Source of the DNA: Candidatus Poseidoniaceae archaeon
GTDB taxonomy: Archaea; Thermoplasmatota; Poseidoniia; Poseidoniales; Poseidoniaceae
DNA: 64,000 bases
Direction of reading: 5' to 3'
Assembly (NCBI GenBank): GCA_028822845.1
Contig: JAPKCS010000001.1
Span: 68,416 to 132,415 of the forward strand
In this document: positions 16,922-26,775 of the stretch, one piece after another
Layout of the letters: each line of letters begins with the position of its first letter
Position numbering within the stretch: position 1 is the stretch's first letter
Program-made: the position numbers and the translations under genes
Notes under the pieces: generated by a model
The model's input: only the letters and a program-made list of their open reading frames with translations
Databases searched by the model: none
What the model was told of the DNA's origin: nothing

Positions 16922-19671
16922 ACCGCGATTCCACCGGCAGAAACCGGGTTCATTTGCCCAATCAAAGCCGTTACTTCTTGACGAAGCATCGACAGGTCAG
17001 AAGCATCAGGTAATTCCTTTTTATCAGCCTTCAATGGGACGGGGAAACCAGGCCCAGGGATGCGTTGAAGTGCCTCACCAAGGCGCTCCGCATCGTCGAG
17101 GAAATCTTCAGTTGAGCCGGTATGCCGATGCTCCAACCTCGAACGCATCCATCGCTTGATTTTCTTTGTATTCAGACCAAGGTCAGCGAGCATACTTGCT
17201 CGTAATGCATCGTTCTCATCGCCCCGGGGCATCAAGCGCAGGCTCAGCCGAAGCAGGCGATCGATGCGAGTATCACGCGGTTCATGCCCGACATGTTGCG
17301 CCAGGCCACGTCGAACATCCGGCAATGCATCCATTCCGTCTGTGTCGATGGCTTCAGCCAATTGTGTTAGATCGATTGCTTTGAGGAACGCAGCCACATC
17401 CTGGCCTATATTTCCTTGAATGCTCGGAAGAATTCCGGTTCCTTTTGACACCGCCACAGCCGTTTCTTTAACGGCCGGTGGAGGCGTTTTCGTAACGGAA
17501 ACTTCGCTTTTTTGCTGCGGACTTGGCAATGACGCGACTGGTTGTACCACGGCTTCGTTTGGACGGATAATGGCGGGACGCAAGCCTGCAGTCAAGCCTT
17601 TTGAAGGGCCTCTACTGCTCTGTGACCCCCCTTCCATCGCCTCAAGGATTGCTTCGTGGGCATCTTCCAATGTGTCCGCCGGCATCATTGTGGGCAGGAC
17701 GCCGTGCTCAGGGATTGGGAGGAGTGTCTTTCTTGGTGGCCTTGGAGCCCATGGTGTCAGTTCAAACCCTTCATCTTCGATCGCCCGCCCTGCAAGGTGT
17801 TGAGCGTAACCAGCCACCCGCTCGTTCAGTGAAGCAATCTTGAGTGGGTTGCGCAGCGATGCTTCCACATCCAGGGCAAGGGCCAAGTCCCGGTTCCATG
17901 GCAAACAAACGAGTCGTCTCATGAGGGTTGCATGTTCTTCGATGTGGGGCCGAGCAGCGTTGAGTTTCCTTGATGCGACAACCGTATCGTTCTCAGCAAG
18001 GGCCCTCAGCCCTTCAACAGACCAACCTGAGGCGGTAAGGATTGAGAGTTCTTGATCCAATCGAGCCTTGAGGCGGTCATGGACGTCGCCGGCGATGAGT
18101 GAAGCACCCGTTCTGGTCGAGGCAACAGAGGTACCAAATCTTCTGATGTGGGCGATTTCCGCCTCGAATTCAGCCAGGGTAAAGGAAGAAGTGGCCGTGG
18201 AATCACTTGCCTTTCCTTGAGTTACAAGCCCCCGCCAATCCTGTTCCAACATTCGCCGATGCCGTGCCCCACGTCTGGCGTGATGCTCGATGAATCGAAT
18301 GGAATCATCCATGACTTCGCTATCGACATCCAACTCGCGCAACAAATCCTTCCGCGCTTCAACATCCTCGCCACCTTCAAACGAGACATCAAGGTGGGAT
18401 AATTGAGCTAAGAGGGTCACCCGTTGCTGCAACAAATCCTCGGATTGTTTGAGGCTAGCAAGCGCTGCCCTCGGGTCTGAGTGGAGGCGTTCATGCCACG
18501 AATCCATGGTCAGGCCGGCATGTTCGAAGCGTTCAATTCGCTTGATGGACTCTAATTCCAGTTGCTTCCAACGCTGATCTAAATCGTCAACAAAATCGAT
18601 GAACACTTCTGTTTGCTCGAGTTGGCCAGCGCAGTACGCTGCTTTTTTTGCTTCCTCCGGCCAGACTTCAGAAACAGACTTCCACCGAAGAAGCGCAGCA
18701 TGGTGGCGTTGTAATGTCGATTCGATTTCAGGCAAGTTTGCTTCCCATTCGAGGAGTTCACCGGCTCGAATGCCGTCGGTGTGGGGGAAAAGAATACCCT
18801 TTGTTCGCCAACCGTTCAACAGGTCGTTGAGCATGGCCATGCGTTGGTGAAGGTTGTCAGCAATCGCACTGATCTGAAGGCGCAACCCGCCGATGTCAGC
18901 GCTGGCACCCAGTTCGATCAAAGCCACTCGACGTTGTTCGTGATGGCCGGCCAGTTCAGTGTCAAAGGGAGCAATTTGTTCAGCGATGAGGAGGCGTAAA
19001 TCCTCGTGCATGTCATGTAAATCATGAATGCGGGCGACGCTGTCAAGCCCGTCAAGGATGTTCATATGTTGAATCCCAGCGATATCGTACCCCTCGCCGC
19101 CGAGCATCACGATCGCCCTGTCAATGGTGGCGCGCTGACGGGTTTCGTCTTCTTCGACGGTTCGAAGAGCATGGTCAATTGCCTCAGATTGAGCCGGATA
19201 GGCCAAGAGGGGGAGGATGACGACGGTGGATGGTTTTGAGGATGGGTCAAGGTTGTCAAAACGGGATAAAAGACTGGCATGAGCCTCTTCTTCACCCTCA
19301 TCACGCCAATCCTCTTCGCTCCTGTAGAGTGCAGGTTCCCAAGGCCGGAAATCGTTCGCCCAACTTTCGTATTCATCGAGGATCCGGTCAGCATTCATCG
19401 GGTCGTTGAGTTCACCAGCCCATGCCTCAGCCAAATCGAAAGCCCGCTCATCGGCTGATTGGCCAAGGTAGGCCGTACGTTCTTGGAGGGACCGTGATAA
19501 TTCGAGGGCGTATTCGAGGTAAAGCAACCGTTCACTGCCAATCCGCTCTTCAGCCCCGAGGTAGTCCTCTACATTGGCGGTGACCCACCCCTCAGCGTCC
19601 AATTCCATGAGCAGGTCATAGTACCAAGGCCGGTCGCTCGACGTCGAATCGTGTTCGTCCATTTTCGCCAC
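16918..19671 (-). CDS. Large helical/coiled-coil hypothetical protein (917 aa)
   Basis: Long ORF with GAGGTGG SD; recurring 'xxGW/Y/L' turn motifs between helical segments. Confidence 0.8.
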   Translation of the reverse strand: MAKMDEHDSTSSDRPWYYDLLMELDAEGWVTANVEDYLGAEERIGSERLLYLEYALELSRSLQERTAYLGQSADERAFDLAEAWAGELNDPMNADRILDEYESWANDFRPWEPALYRSEEDWRDEGEEEAHASLLSRFDNLDPSSKPSTVVILPLLAYPAQSEAIDHALRTVEEDETRQRATIDRAIVMLGGEGYDIAGIQHMNILDGLDSVARIHDLHDMHEDLRLLIAEQIAPFDTELAGHHEQRRVALIELGASADIGGLRLQISAIADNLHQRMAMLNDLLNGWRTKGILFPHTDGIRAGELLEWEANLPEIESTLQRHHAALLRWKSVSEVWPEEAKKAAYCAGQLEQTEVFIDFVDDLDQRWKQLELESIKRIERFEHAGLTMDSWHERLHSDPRAALASLKQSEDLLQQRVTLLAQLSHLDVSFEGGEDVEARKDLLRELDVDSEVMDDSIRFIEHHARRGARHRRMLEQDWRGLVTQGKASDSTATSSFTLAEFEAEIAHIRRFGTSVASTRTGASLIAGDVHDRLKARLDQELSILTASGWSVEGLRALAENDTVVASRKLNAARPHIEEHATLMRRLVCLPWNRDLALALDVEASLRNPLKIASLNERVAGYAQHLAGRAIEDEGFELTPWAPRPPRKTLLPIPEHGVLPTMMPADTLEDAHEAILEAMEGGSQSSRGPSKGLTAGLRPAIIRPNEAVVQPVASLPSPQQKSEVSVTKTPPPAVKETAVAVSKGTGILPSIQGNIGQDVAAFLKAIDLTQLAEAIDTDGMDALPDVRRGLAQHVGHEPRDTRIDRLLRLSLRLMPRGDENDALRASMLADLGLNTKKIKRWMRSRLEHRHTGSTEDFLDDAERLGEALQRIPGPGFPVPLKADKKELPDASDLSMLRQEVTALIGQMNPVSAGGIAV

Positions 19672-19869
19672 CTCAAGCGCTCAACACGAGCGAGAGCCTT
19701 TCAATGTGAGCAAAGATAACAACGATTGTTGTTTAGTTTTGAGACCTAAACTCGCTTTCCAAGCGCCAAAGGCTAGGGTCTGTGGCGATGAAAAAAGGGT
19801 CAAACAAACCGCTTGAAGCACCCTCGATGTTCCGCAGACCATAAAGGTGCAAAGAAGAGGTGAGACGCA

Positions 19870-22164
19870 ATGGAACCTATCACTGCTGCATTTGGCCTCG
19901 CTTGTATAGCCGCAAGTGGAGGTGCTGGTTTCTGGCTCAAGAAGGTCGACCAACGCCTAACAAGCGTGAATGAAACCTCTGTTGTTCTGCAGCAAGCACA
20001 GTCCGCCCACTTCACCCACCTCAACAACGAAGTTGGCGCATTGCAGCATCACGTTCAGCAGATGACCGAACTTGTGACAGCACTTCGGGCCACCAACCCA
20101 GAAATGCATGGCGCGATTCTTGCACATGAGATCATCACAGCGTTCGAACATTCCCCCGAAGAGGACAGCACGATCGCTGGGCAAGCTTTGGCAGCACTCG
20201 AAACCCTCGTTGCATCGATTTCTACAGACGCCACCGTCGGCGACGAGGAGCTTCTCTCCGCAACTTCAGCTTCCTTGCTTGGGCGCCTCTTGTCGGCGTT
20301 CGACTCACGGGACATCACTGCAATCGGCCTTGGATTAAACCCGGTTGCCGCCCATCGTCTTGGCCATGCATCCCTTCTGCTTGCCCGATTTGACTGGGCA
20401 GAATCTTGTTTTGGAATGGCGTACCAATCTTCACCAGGAAACGCAAACATCCTCGAAGCCTTGGAACACATTGCTTTGCTCAAAGGCGACGACGAAGTTC
20501 GACGGCATTGGCTCGAAGCACGCATGACCGTCCATCCAGATCAACCGGACTTGCTCCGCTCACACGCCCATCTCCTCGCTAAACTTGGTGATGCAGATGC
20601 AGAGCGCGACGTTCTCCGACTCGAAGCATTGGGTGTTGACACAGCAGCTGACCGTTCCCTTCTCTCAGGCCTCCGTGCCCGAGCAGGTTCTCGTTCTGAA
20701 GCATTAGAGGCGATTGAACAAGCTCTTGCCGAAGACCCACACCAATCTGCAGATTGGCTAAGTTATGCCCAACTTCTCAGTGAAGAAGGCGAAACAGGAA
20801 AGGCCCACCAAGCGGTTGACCGCTGCTTAGAACTGGACCGCCAGAGCGGCCAGGCATGGGCTCTTTTAGCTCAACTTCTCGCCCCGCAAGGCAACCGGGC
20901 AAAAGAGGCACTGAAAGCCGCAACACACGCCGTCGCCCTCGATGCAGGCGGCACAGACCTCCTCTTCCTGAAGAGCGATCTACAGCACGCTGACGGGTCG
21001 ATATCTGCCGCCGAAGAAACATTGGAAAAAGGACTCCTAAAGAGCCCAGATAACGCTGAACTCCGCGCCCGTATGGCGAGCAGAAAACTTCTCGATGGTC
21101 ATCACGAAGCCGCTCAAAAATTACTCGATGAGACGCCCTTCGGCATCGATCACGCTTTGTTGCATGTGGTCGAAGGACGACTCCATCTTGCATTGTGCGA
21201 TCGTGCCCGGGATGGGACAGGACAAACCGATGCCATCCTTCTGGCGGACGCTGTATCATCCTTTGAGGGAGCTCTCAAACTCAACCGGGAACTTGGTGTT
21301 GCTTGGCTTGGGCTCGCTCGTACCAAGCGATTGCTCAAGGACCTCGAAGGCGCAAGCGAAGACATGAATCGCGCCATGCGTTTGCTCCCTGACCAAGATC
21401 CATCGGCCTCTGCAGAAGCAGCCCTCTTAGCCATTGAAATGGATGATCTTTCGACGGCGAGCAAGCATATTGATGCAGCCGATGTCCATGGAAAATCAGT
21501 CACAGTTGCCTATGTCCGTGGCAACATAGCCCTCCGCCGTGGTCAATTTGAACACGCCCTCGGCCATTACAACGACGCCCTCAACATCGGACCAAATCAT
21601 ATCCGGGCTCGCCTGAACCGATGCAGCACCCTGATGGCCCTCAATCAAAACAAGAAGGCATTGGATGATGCTCAAATCCTTGTTGATTTAGCTCCGGCAT
21701 TGATGCTCGCTCGTTTGCGTAGGTCAGAAGCACTGATGCAACTGGGTGAATGGTCGCAAGCCCGAGACGACTTGAAAATTGTTCTCGATGCGTCGCCACA
21801 TCACTACCAAGCCCTCACCCAACTCGCAGCCTGCTACATGGCATTGGAGCGTCCAGAACGAGCTGAAAACCCACTCAATGAAGCGATTCGTCTGCAACCA
21901 AATTACGCACCAGCATGGCACCAGAGAGGTATTCTTTATCTGGAAATTGAGCGAAATGAAAACGCGCTTAATGATTTCGAAGCAGCCGTACGTTGCGACG
22001 GAACCCACCTCGACGCCCACCTCCGCATCGCTGCAATTCACCATCAAGCAGAACGGTTTGATCAGGCAGAAGCTGCTTGGCGCGCCGTGCTAACGGTTGA
22101 CCAAGATCACACAGTGGCGCGTGCCCGGCTGGCAGAATGCGAAGTTCAATTGCTCAAGGCTTGA
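19870..22164 (+). CDS. N-terminally membrane-anchored tetratricopeptide repeat protein
   Basis: N-terminal TM and coiled coil, then many TPRs (e.g. 'AWHQRGILYLEIERNENALNDFEAAV'). Confidence 0.9.
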   Translation: MEPITAAFGLACIAASGGAGFWLKKVDQRLTSVNETSVVLQQAQSAHFTHLNNEVGALQHHVQQMTELVTALRATNPEMHGAILAHEIITAFEHSPEEDSTIAGQALAALETLVASISTDATVGDEELLSATSASLLGRLLSAFDSRDITAIGLGLNPVAAHRLGHASLLLARFDWAESCFGMAYQSSPGNANILEALEHIALLKGDDEVRRHWLEARMTVHPDQPDLLRSHAHLLAKLGDADAERDVLRLEALGVDTAADRSLLSGLRARAGSRSEALEAIEQALAEDPHQSADWLSYAQLLSEEGETGKAHQAVDRCLELDRQSGQAWALLAQLLAPQGNRAKEALKAATHAVALDAGGTDLLFLKSDLQHADGSISAAEETLEKGLLKSPDNAELRARMASRKLLDGHHEAAQKLLDETPFGIDHALLHVVEGRLHLALCDRARDGTGQTDAILLADAVSSFEGALKLNRELGVAWLGLARTKRLLKDLEGASEDMNRAMRLLPDQDPSASAEAALLAIEMDDLSTASKHIDAADVHGKSVTVAYVRGNIALRRGQFEHALGHYNDALNIGPNHIRARLNRCSTLMALNQNKKALDDAQILVDLAPALMLARLRRSEALMQLGEWSQARDDLKIVLDASPHHYQALTQLAACYMALERPERAENPLNEAIRLQPNYAPAWHQRGILYLEIERNENALNDFEAAVRCDGTHLDAHLRIAAIHHQAERFDQAEAAWRAVLTVDQDHTVARARLAECEVQLLKA

Positions 22165-22224
22165 TGCAAGCGAACCGCTTCAGTCTCACAAAGGCTTGAT
22201 ACGGCCCCCGTTCTTCAGTGGGGT

Positions 22225-23310
22225 ATGGGCTTTGAAAAACATATCACTCCGATCGTGGCGTTGCTCTTTTTTCTCCTCATCGCCCGAGAGATTTACCCTT
22301 ACGCCGACCCCCTCAATGCCGAGGTAGCGGAAGGGTTTGAGATCGAAAAAGTAGCCACAGGTTTCGGCGGACCAACATGCTTGACATGGGCGAATCAAGA
22401 TTTTTTGTTGATGTGTGATCGAGATGGTGGCAGGATTCTCCTGCTTGACGCAACGGACGGTTTCAGTGAAACAGTTCTCGTTACGGGGCTCGATCACCCA
22501 CACGGTCTTCACCTTACGGCGGAGCATTTGTTTGTGTCAGAAGAAGGCGTCTTGGCCAAATACGAGCGAAACAATTGGACGTTTGATCAACGAACAAACC
22601 TGATCGAAGGCGTGCCAAGCGGTAACCACCAAACCAATGCCATCAACGCCTTCCCAAACGGGACCCTCATCTGGCACAGCGGCTCAACCTGCAATGTTTG
22701 TGCAGAAACAGATGAACGCAACGCAGCCCTGCTTTGGGTTGACCCAGTTACGGGAGATCATGGCGTCCTTGCTTCAGGCGTTCGCAATTCATTCCATGGC
22801 GTCTGGGTCGAGAATGTTGGTTACCTTTTCAGCGACAATGGGCGGGATTGGGAAGGAGACCACCCCCGTGAAGAAATCAATTTGCTCGTGAATGGCGCTG
22901 CATATGGCTGGCCAGATGACGACCCGGACCATCCAGTCCCAGACGGCACGGTCGCCCCAGTTGCGACGTGGACGCCCCATACTTCGCTTAACGGACTTGC
23001 ACTTCGGCCGGACTCATCTCCACTCCCTGGTTTGAATGCAAGCGAAGGCCAAGGATTCACCCTGTACGCCACCGTCTATGGTTCGTGGAACACCGTGATC
23101 CCCCAAGGCCAAGAGATTGTTCGAATCGATTTCATTCCAAAAAACACATCCGAAGGAGATCAGCCTGTTGATCAGTGGGAAACCCAAACCACCCGTTTCG
23201 CAACCGATATCGGTACACCCCTGCCGCTGGCGTTTGCACCAGATGGTTCGTTGTATTACGCTACTTTTGGTGGCGGAGGCGTCCTATACAGAATCGCATC
23301 AGTTGGTTAA
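22225..23310 (+). CDS. PQQ-dependent sugar (glucose/sorbosone) dehydrogenase-like beta-propeller, secreted
   Basis: Signal/anchor; 'GLDHPHGL', 'GSTCNVCAE', 'ASGVRNS', 'DNGRD', 'EEINL', 'YGWP', 'HTS'. Confidence 0.85.
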   Translation: MGFEKHITPIVALLFFLLIAREIYPYADPLNAEVAEGFEIEKVATGFGGPTCLTWANQDFLLMCDRDGGRILLLDATDGFSETVLVTGLDHPHGLHLTAEHLFVSEEGVLAKYERNNWTFDQRTNLIEGVPSGNHQTNAINAFPNGTLIWHSGSTCNVCAETDERNAALLWVDPVTGDHGVLASGVRNSFHGVWVENVGYLFSDNGRDWEGDHPREEINLLVNGAAYGWPDDDPDHPVPDGTVAPVATWTPHTSLNGLALRPDSSPLPGLNASEGQGFTLYATVYGSWNTVIPQGQEIVRIDFIPKNTSEGDQPVDQWETQTTRFATDIGTPLPLAFAPDGSLYYATFGGGGVLYRIASVG

Positions 23311-23418
23311 AATCAGGTAAAGCAAGAACCTTCGAACCGACGGTAAAGGGGAAAATCGCCAGAAAGAACGTCGTTCATTGCACAGCAGTTTGTCCCCGAT
23401 CAAGAGAAATGCTGTGAT

Positions 23419-24555
23419 TCACAATCCATTGAGCCAATTGCTGAGGCGGGACACACCCTCTCGGATGTTTTCCGGTGAGGTGGCGTATGAGATTCGAACA
23501 AACCCTTCGCCGCCATCCATCAAGGAACCAGGAATCAACTGCACCTTTGCTTCATCTAAAGCTCGCTGAGCGAATTCGATGTCGCCCATACCTGTGCCGG
23601 TCACATCACAAAAGGCGTAGAAGGCACCTTCTGGTTTTGGAACCACTAAGCCTGGTAATTGGCTGAGCAGGCCGTGGATAAGTTCGCCCCGCTGCTTGAA
23701 TGAAGCGGCCATTGCCGTGATTTCCTCTTCGAGGCCAAGCGCCACCGTAGCGGCAGGCATCATGAACGTGGCCACATGGGTTGCTGCGCTGACATTGATT
23801 TTCTTTACACCATCCATGACCGACTTCGGCCCCGTGATCCAACCAAGGCGCCAACCAGTCATGGCCCAACCCTTCGACCAGCCCCCGAGGGTGATGGTGC
23901 GTTCAGCACCGCCCGGTAGGGTAGAAGGCGAAGTGTACGGGTGTTCAGACCAGACCAGTGTGGCATAGATCATGTCGTCGATGATCCAAAGGTCATGCTT
24001 CACGGCAAAAGCAACGAGCCGCTCGATTTCTTCCGGAGTGTAAACGGCACCGGTTGGATTGTTCGGAGAATTGAGTAAGATGGCCTTGGTCTTGGGCGTT
24101 ATTGCCGCTTCAAGGTGGTCAAAATTTGGATGATAGTTGTCTTTGCGAACCTGAACATGCACGGGGACGGCGCCCAGGAGCTTGACCATGCCATCATAGG
24201 AAGGCCACGCTGGCGAAAGAAGCAGGACTTCATCATCAGCGTTCAAGGTGGCCATGAGTGCGTAAAGAATTGCTTGCTTACACCCCGGAGAAATCAGGAC
24301 GTCGAGAGGGTCCGCGACGATTCCATATCCCCCGAGGTGAGCTGCCACGGCTTCACAGAGTTCTTGTGAACCTTGGGTTCGTGTGTAGGTGGTTTCACCC
24401 CGATCAAGGGCTGCTTTAGCGGCGTCAACGACGGGGAGAGGGGTGTCAAAATCAGGCTGGCCGACTGTGAAGCGGATGACGTCCGGGCCAGGCGGTGCGA
24501 GAAAGGAAGCGAAGCCAATGCCAACGTTGGACAGTGAACGGTTCATTCCTGGCAT
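23419..24555 (-). CDS. PLP-dependent aminotransferase class I/II (aspartate aminotransferase-like)
   Basis: 'GQPDFDTP', 'NSPNNPTG', 'DDMIY', 'GWSKGWAMTGWRLG', 'VRISYA'. Confidence 0.93.
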   Translation of the reverse strand: MPGMNRSLSNVGIGFASFLAPPGPDVIRFTVGQPDFDTPLPVVDAAKAALDRGETTYTRTQGSQELCEAVAAHLGGYGIVADPLDVLISPGCKQAILYALMATLNADDEVLLLSPAWPSYDGMVKLLGAVPVHVQVRKDNYHPNFDHLEAAITPKTKAILLNSPNNPTGAVYTPEEIERLVAFAVKHDLWIIDDMIYATLVWSEHPYTSPSTLPGGAERTITLGGWSKGWAMTGWRLGWITGPKSVMDGVKKINVSAATHVATFMMPAATVALGLEEEITAMAASFKQRGELIHGLLSQLPGLVVPKPEGAFYAFCDVTGTGMGDIEFAQRALDEAKVQLIPGSLMDGGEGFVRISYATSPENIREGVSRLSNWLNGL

Positions 24556-24662
24556 TGTGATTCCTCGCGCATTGAACGGACCTGTTCAATGGCCCAACGA
24601 ATGCGCCATTGAATATCAAGACTGCGCGCGAACCTAACGCGATGGGTAGGTTTGTTTGAAAG

Positions 24663-24733
24663 AGCACAGGCTGGGATTTGAACCCAGGTGAGAGGATTTG
24701 CAATCCCCGACGTAGCCGCTCCGACACCCGTGC
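24663..24733 (-). tRNA. tRNA-Cys(GCA)
   Basis: Acceptor GCACGGG/CCTGTGC, anticodon arm GGGGA-TTGCAAA-TCCTC, T-arm CTGGG-TTCAAAT-CCCAG, U73 discriminator, no encoded CCA; weak D-stem. Confidence 0.93.
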
Positions 24734-24841
24734 AGTAATCCATGGGATTGACCAGTTCTATTTCAACGCGACCGCAGACAATAAAACGCTGTCCGATTGA
24801 GCCGGGGTTGGTTTAATCACAACCTCTGCGTTGCACCAACC

Positions 24842-26038
24842 ATGGACCCGTCGCCAGATGACACAGGAGGGCTTGTGCCAAGCCAATCCTTTTTTTCGGG
24901 GGAAATCGCATCTGAGGCCCCCGTGGCTGTCACGCTGGGTACATTCGGAGAAGGCGATGGCTCGGTAAAACCCAATCCATTTGGCACCCCAAACCAACCA
25001 ATGCTCCAGGGCGGCGCTTCACCGATGGGGCAAATTGTCCAGCCATCAAAGAAACCGTTTAGGTGGATGCAATTCTTTCTTGGATTGACTCTGCCGATTG
25101 TGATTGTCGTCAGCGTCAGCATCCTCGCAGGACAAGTAAATCAAAACAGTTGGGAAAATGCATATTTTGATGAAAGGCATGCCCTTTCACCCGACTCAAA
25201 CGGGCACTACTCCAAATCAATCGAAATGGAAGACGGGCACATCATGGAACAATGTTCGATTTCCAAACCCTCCGACTTAGGAGGGGGCTTTTCTGACGTA
25301 GGGTTCTATTGCACCGTCGATCACGAACAAGCCGATTATTTGCTTGAAGTGTTTCAAGAAAAAGAGTATATCCCAACCATTGAGCCGACTCAACTGACCA
25401 TCGATGAAGCGAACGGGACCCTTTCTCTTTCCTTCAACGGGGCATTTGAAGAACGACCCGGTATCTATGGCACCATTTACACTGATTCTGGTAATTTTGT
25501 TTCTAACTTCAACTCCCAAACAACGTTTGTGAACAATGAACAGAACGGTTCTTTCAACCACTCCTTCCCCCCACAGAGCGAATCCGTTGATGTTTACCTC
25601 ATGTTGTATTTCCACGAGCATTCAGAATATGTTCAGATCAATAACTGGGACAGCGGTGATCAGATGGGGGGCCTACATCAAGAGGGCCATTACATCTTTA
25701 CAGGGGAAACAGGATGGCGCGATGGCGATCTCATTGGAGAATATACATTGAGAAACAGCACCCTTTGGTTTGTTCCAAACGGCTCGTATACCAATGATTA
25801 TTTCTTTGAGATTCAGATTTATGATGAGCGGACAGATGATGCAAATTACTTTTGGAGGGAGGCTGTGAATGGATCTTTTTGTTGCATGCCGCTGGTTTAC
25901 TTGGGGGCCATTATCATGGCCTTTGTTCGGGGCAACAAGGGACTCGGCTGGGGGCTCGTCTCATCTGGGGCAGCCACGGTTCTCCTGATCGGCGCGTTCT
26001 TTGTGTTGCTCATCGCTGCTTATTCGGGCGGTTTCTGA
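24842..26038 (+). CDS. Membrane protein with large extracellular domain
   Basis: One N-terminal TM after 'KKPFRWMQFF', an acidic domain with several N-x-S/T sequons, and two C-terminal TMs. Confidence 0.7.
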   Translation: MDPSPDDTGGLVPSQSFFSGEIASEAPVAVTLGTFGEGDGSVKPNPFGTPNQPMLQGGASPMGQIVQPSKKPFRWMQFFLGLTLPIVIVVSVSILAGQVNQNSWENAYFDERHALSPDSNGHYSKSIEMEDGHIMEQCSISKPSDLGGGFSDVGFYCTVDHEQADYLLEVFQEKEYIPTIEPTQLTIDEANGTLSLSFNGAFEERPGIYGTIYTDSGNFVSNFNSQTTFVNNEQNGSFNHSFPPQSESVDVYLMLYFHEHSEYVQINNWDSGDQMGGLHQEGHYIFTGETGWRDGDLIGEYTLRNSTLWFVPNGSYTNDYFFEIQIYDERTDDANYFWREAVNGSFCCMPLVYLGAIIMAFVRGNKGLGWGLVSSGAATVLLIGAFFVLLIAAYSGGF

Positions 26039-26100
26039 AACACGCCTCAGCATCGTAGGGTTAATCTTCATCCGGCCGCAGGTCGGTACGAGGCTATCTT

Positions 26101-26634
26101 GTGAAAATCGTGAACCCCGCTGTGATGCTCCCTGGAAGCAACCCTGCAAGTTCGTATTTCGACTGCCGGTACGCCGTGCTCCGAGAACCCCTCGGGTTTG
26201 AACGGGGCGCAGAACACCTCGCCGATGATTCAGCTGCGATTCATGCTTGGGTGGCTCAGGGTGATCGTGTTCTATCAGTCGGGAGGGCTCACCTTATCCC
26301 CGAAGGCAGCGATGGTTCCGCACCTGATCATGCTGGGCCTGGGGCGACGACATGCCCAGCTTTTGGCCCACTTGCAGACGCAGAAAACCGACCTGCGATT
26401 CAAATTCGACAAATGGGCACCCGCGCCGAAGCCCAACGCATGGGCCATGCCAGCGACGTTCTTTCCGCCCTCGAATCTGCTGCTACAACCCATTTCTCGG
26501 CTAAAATAGGCCTCCTTCAAGCCAGACAGGACGCCATCCCCTTCTACCTCTCTCGGGGCTGGCAACTGATCGATGACCCTTACACAATTTCGAACATAGG
26601 GCCACATCGTTCAATGATGAAACAATTAAAATGA
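26101..26634 (+). CDS. GNAT family acetyltransferase (YiiD/ElaA-like)
   Basis: 'RYAVLREPLG', 'QIRQMGT...QRMGHAS', 'LQARQDAIPFY...G', 'IGPH'. Confidence 0.85.
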   Translation: MKIVNPAVMLPGSNPASSYFDCRYAVLREPLGFERGAEHLADDSAAIHAWVAQGDRVLSVGRAHLIPEGSDGSAPDHAGPGATTCPAFGPLADAENRPAIQIRQMGTRAEAQRMGHASDVLSALESAATTHFSAKIGLLQARQDAIPFYLSRGWQLIDDPYTISNIGPHRSMMKQLK

Positions 26635-26775
26635 TAATTTTCTGTTATATATTGTCGAACTGATCTACAATCCAGAGACTCATACCCGCCCAGTGCGATT
26701 TTGTGTAAACATGAAAACAAGAACGAACCGACACCGTATGTGATCTTCCCACGACGTACGTCGTTCGGAGGTGAT

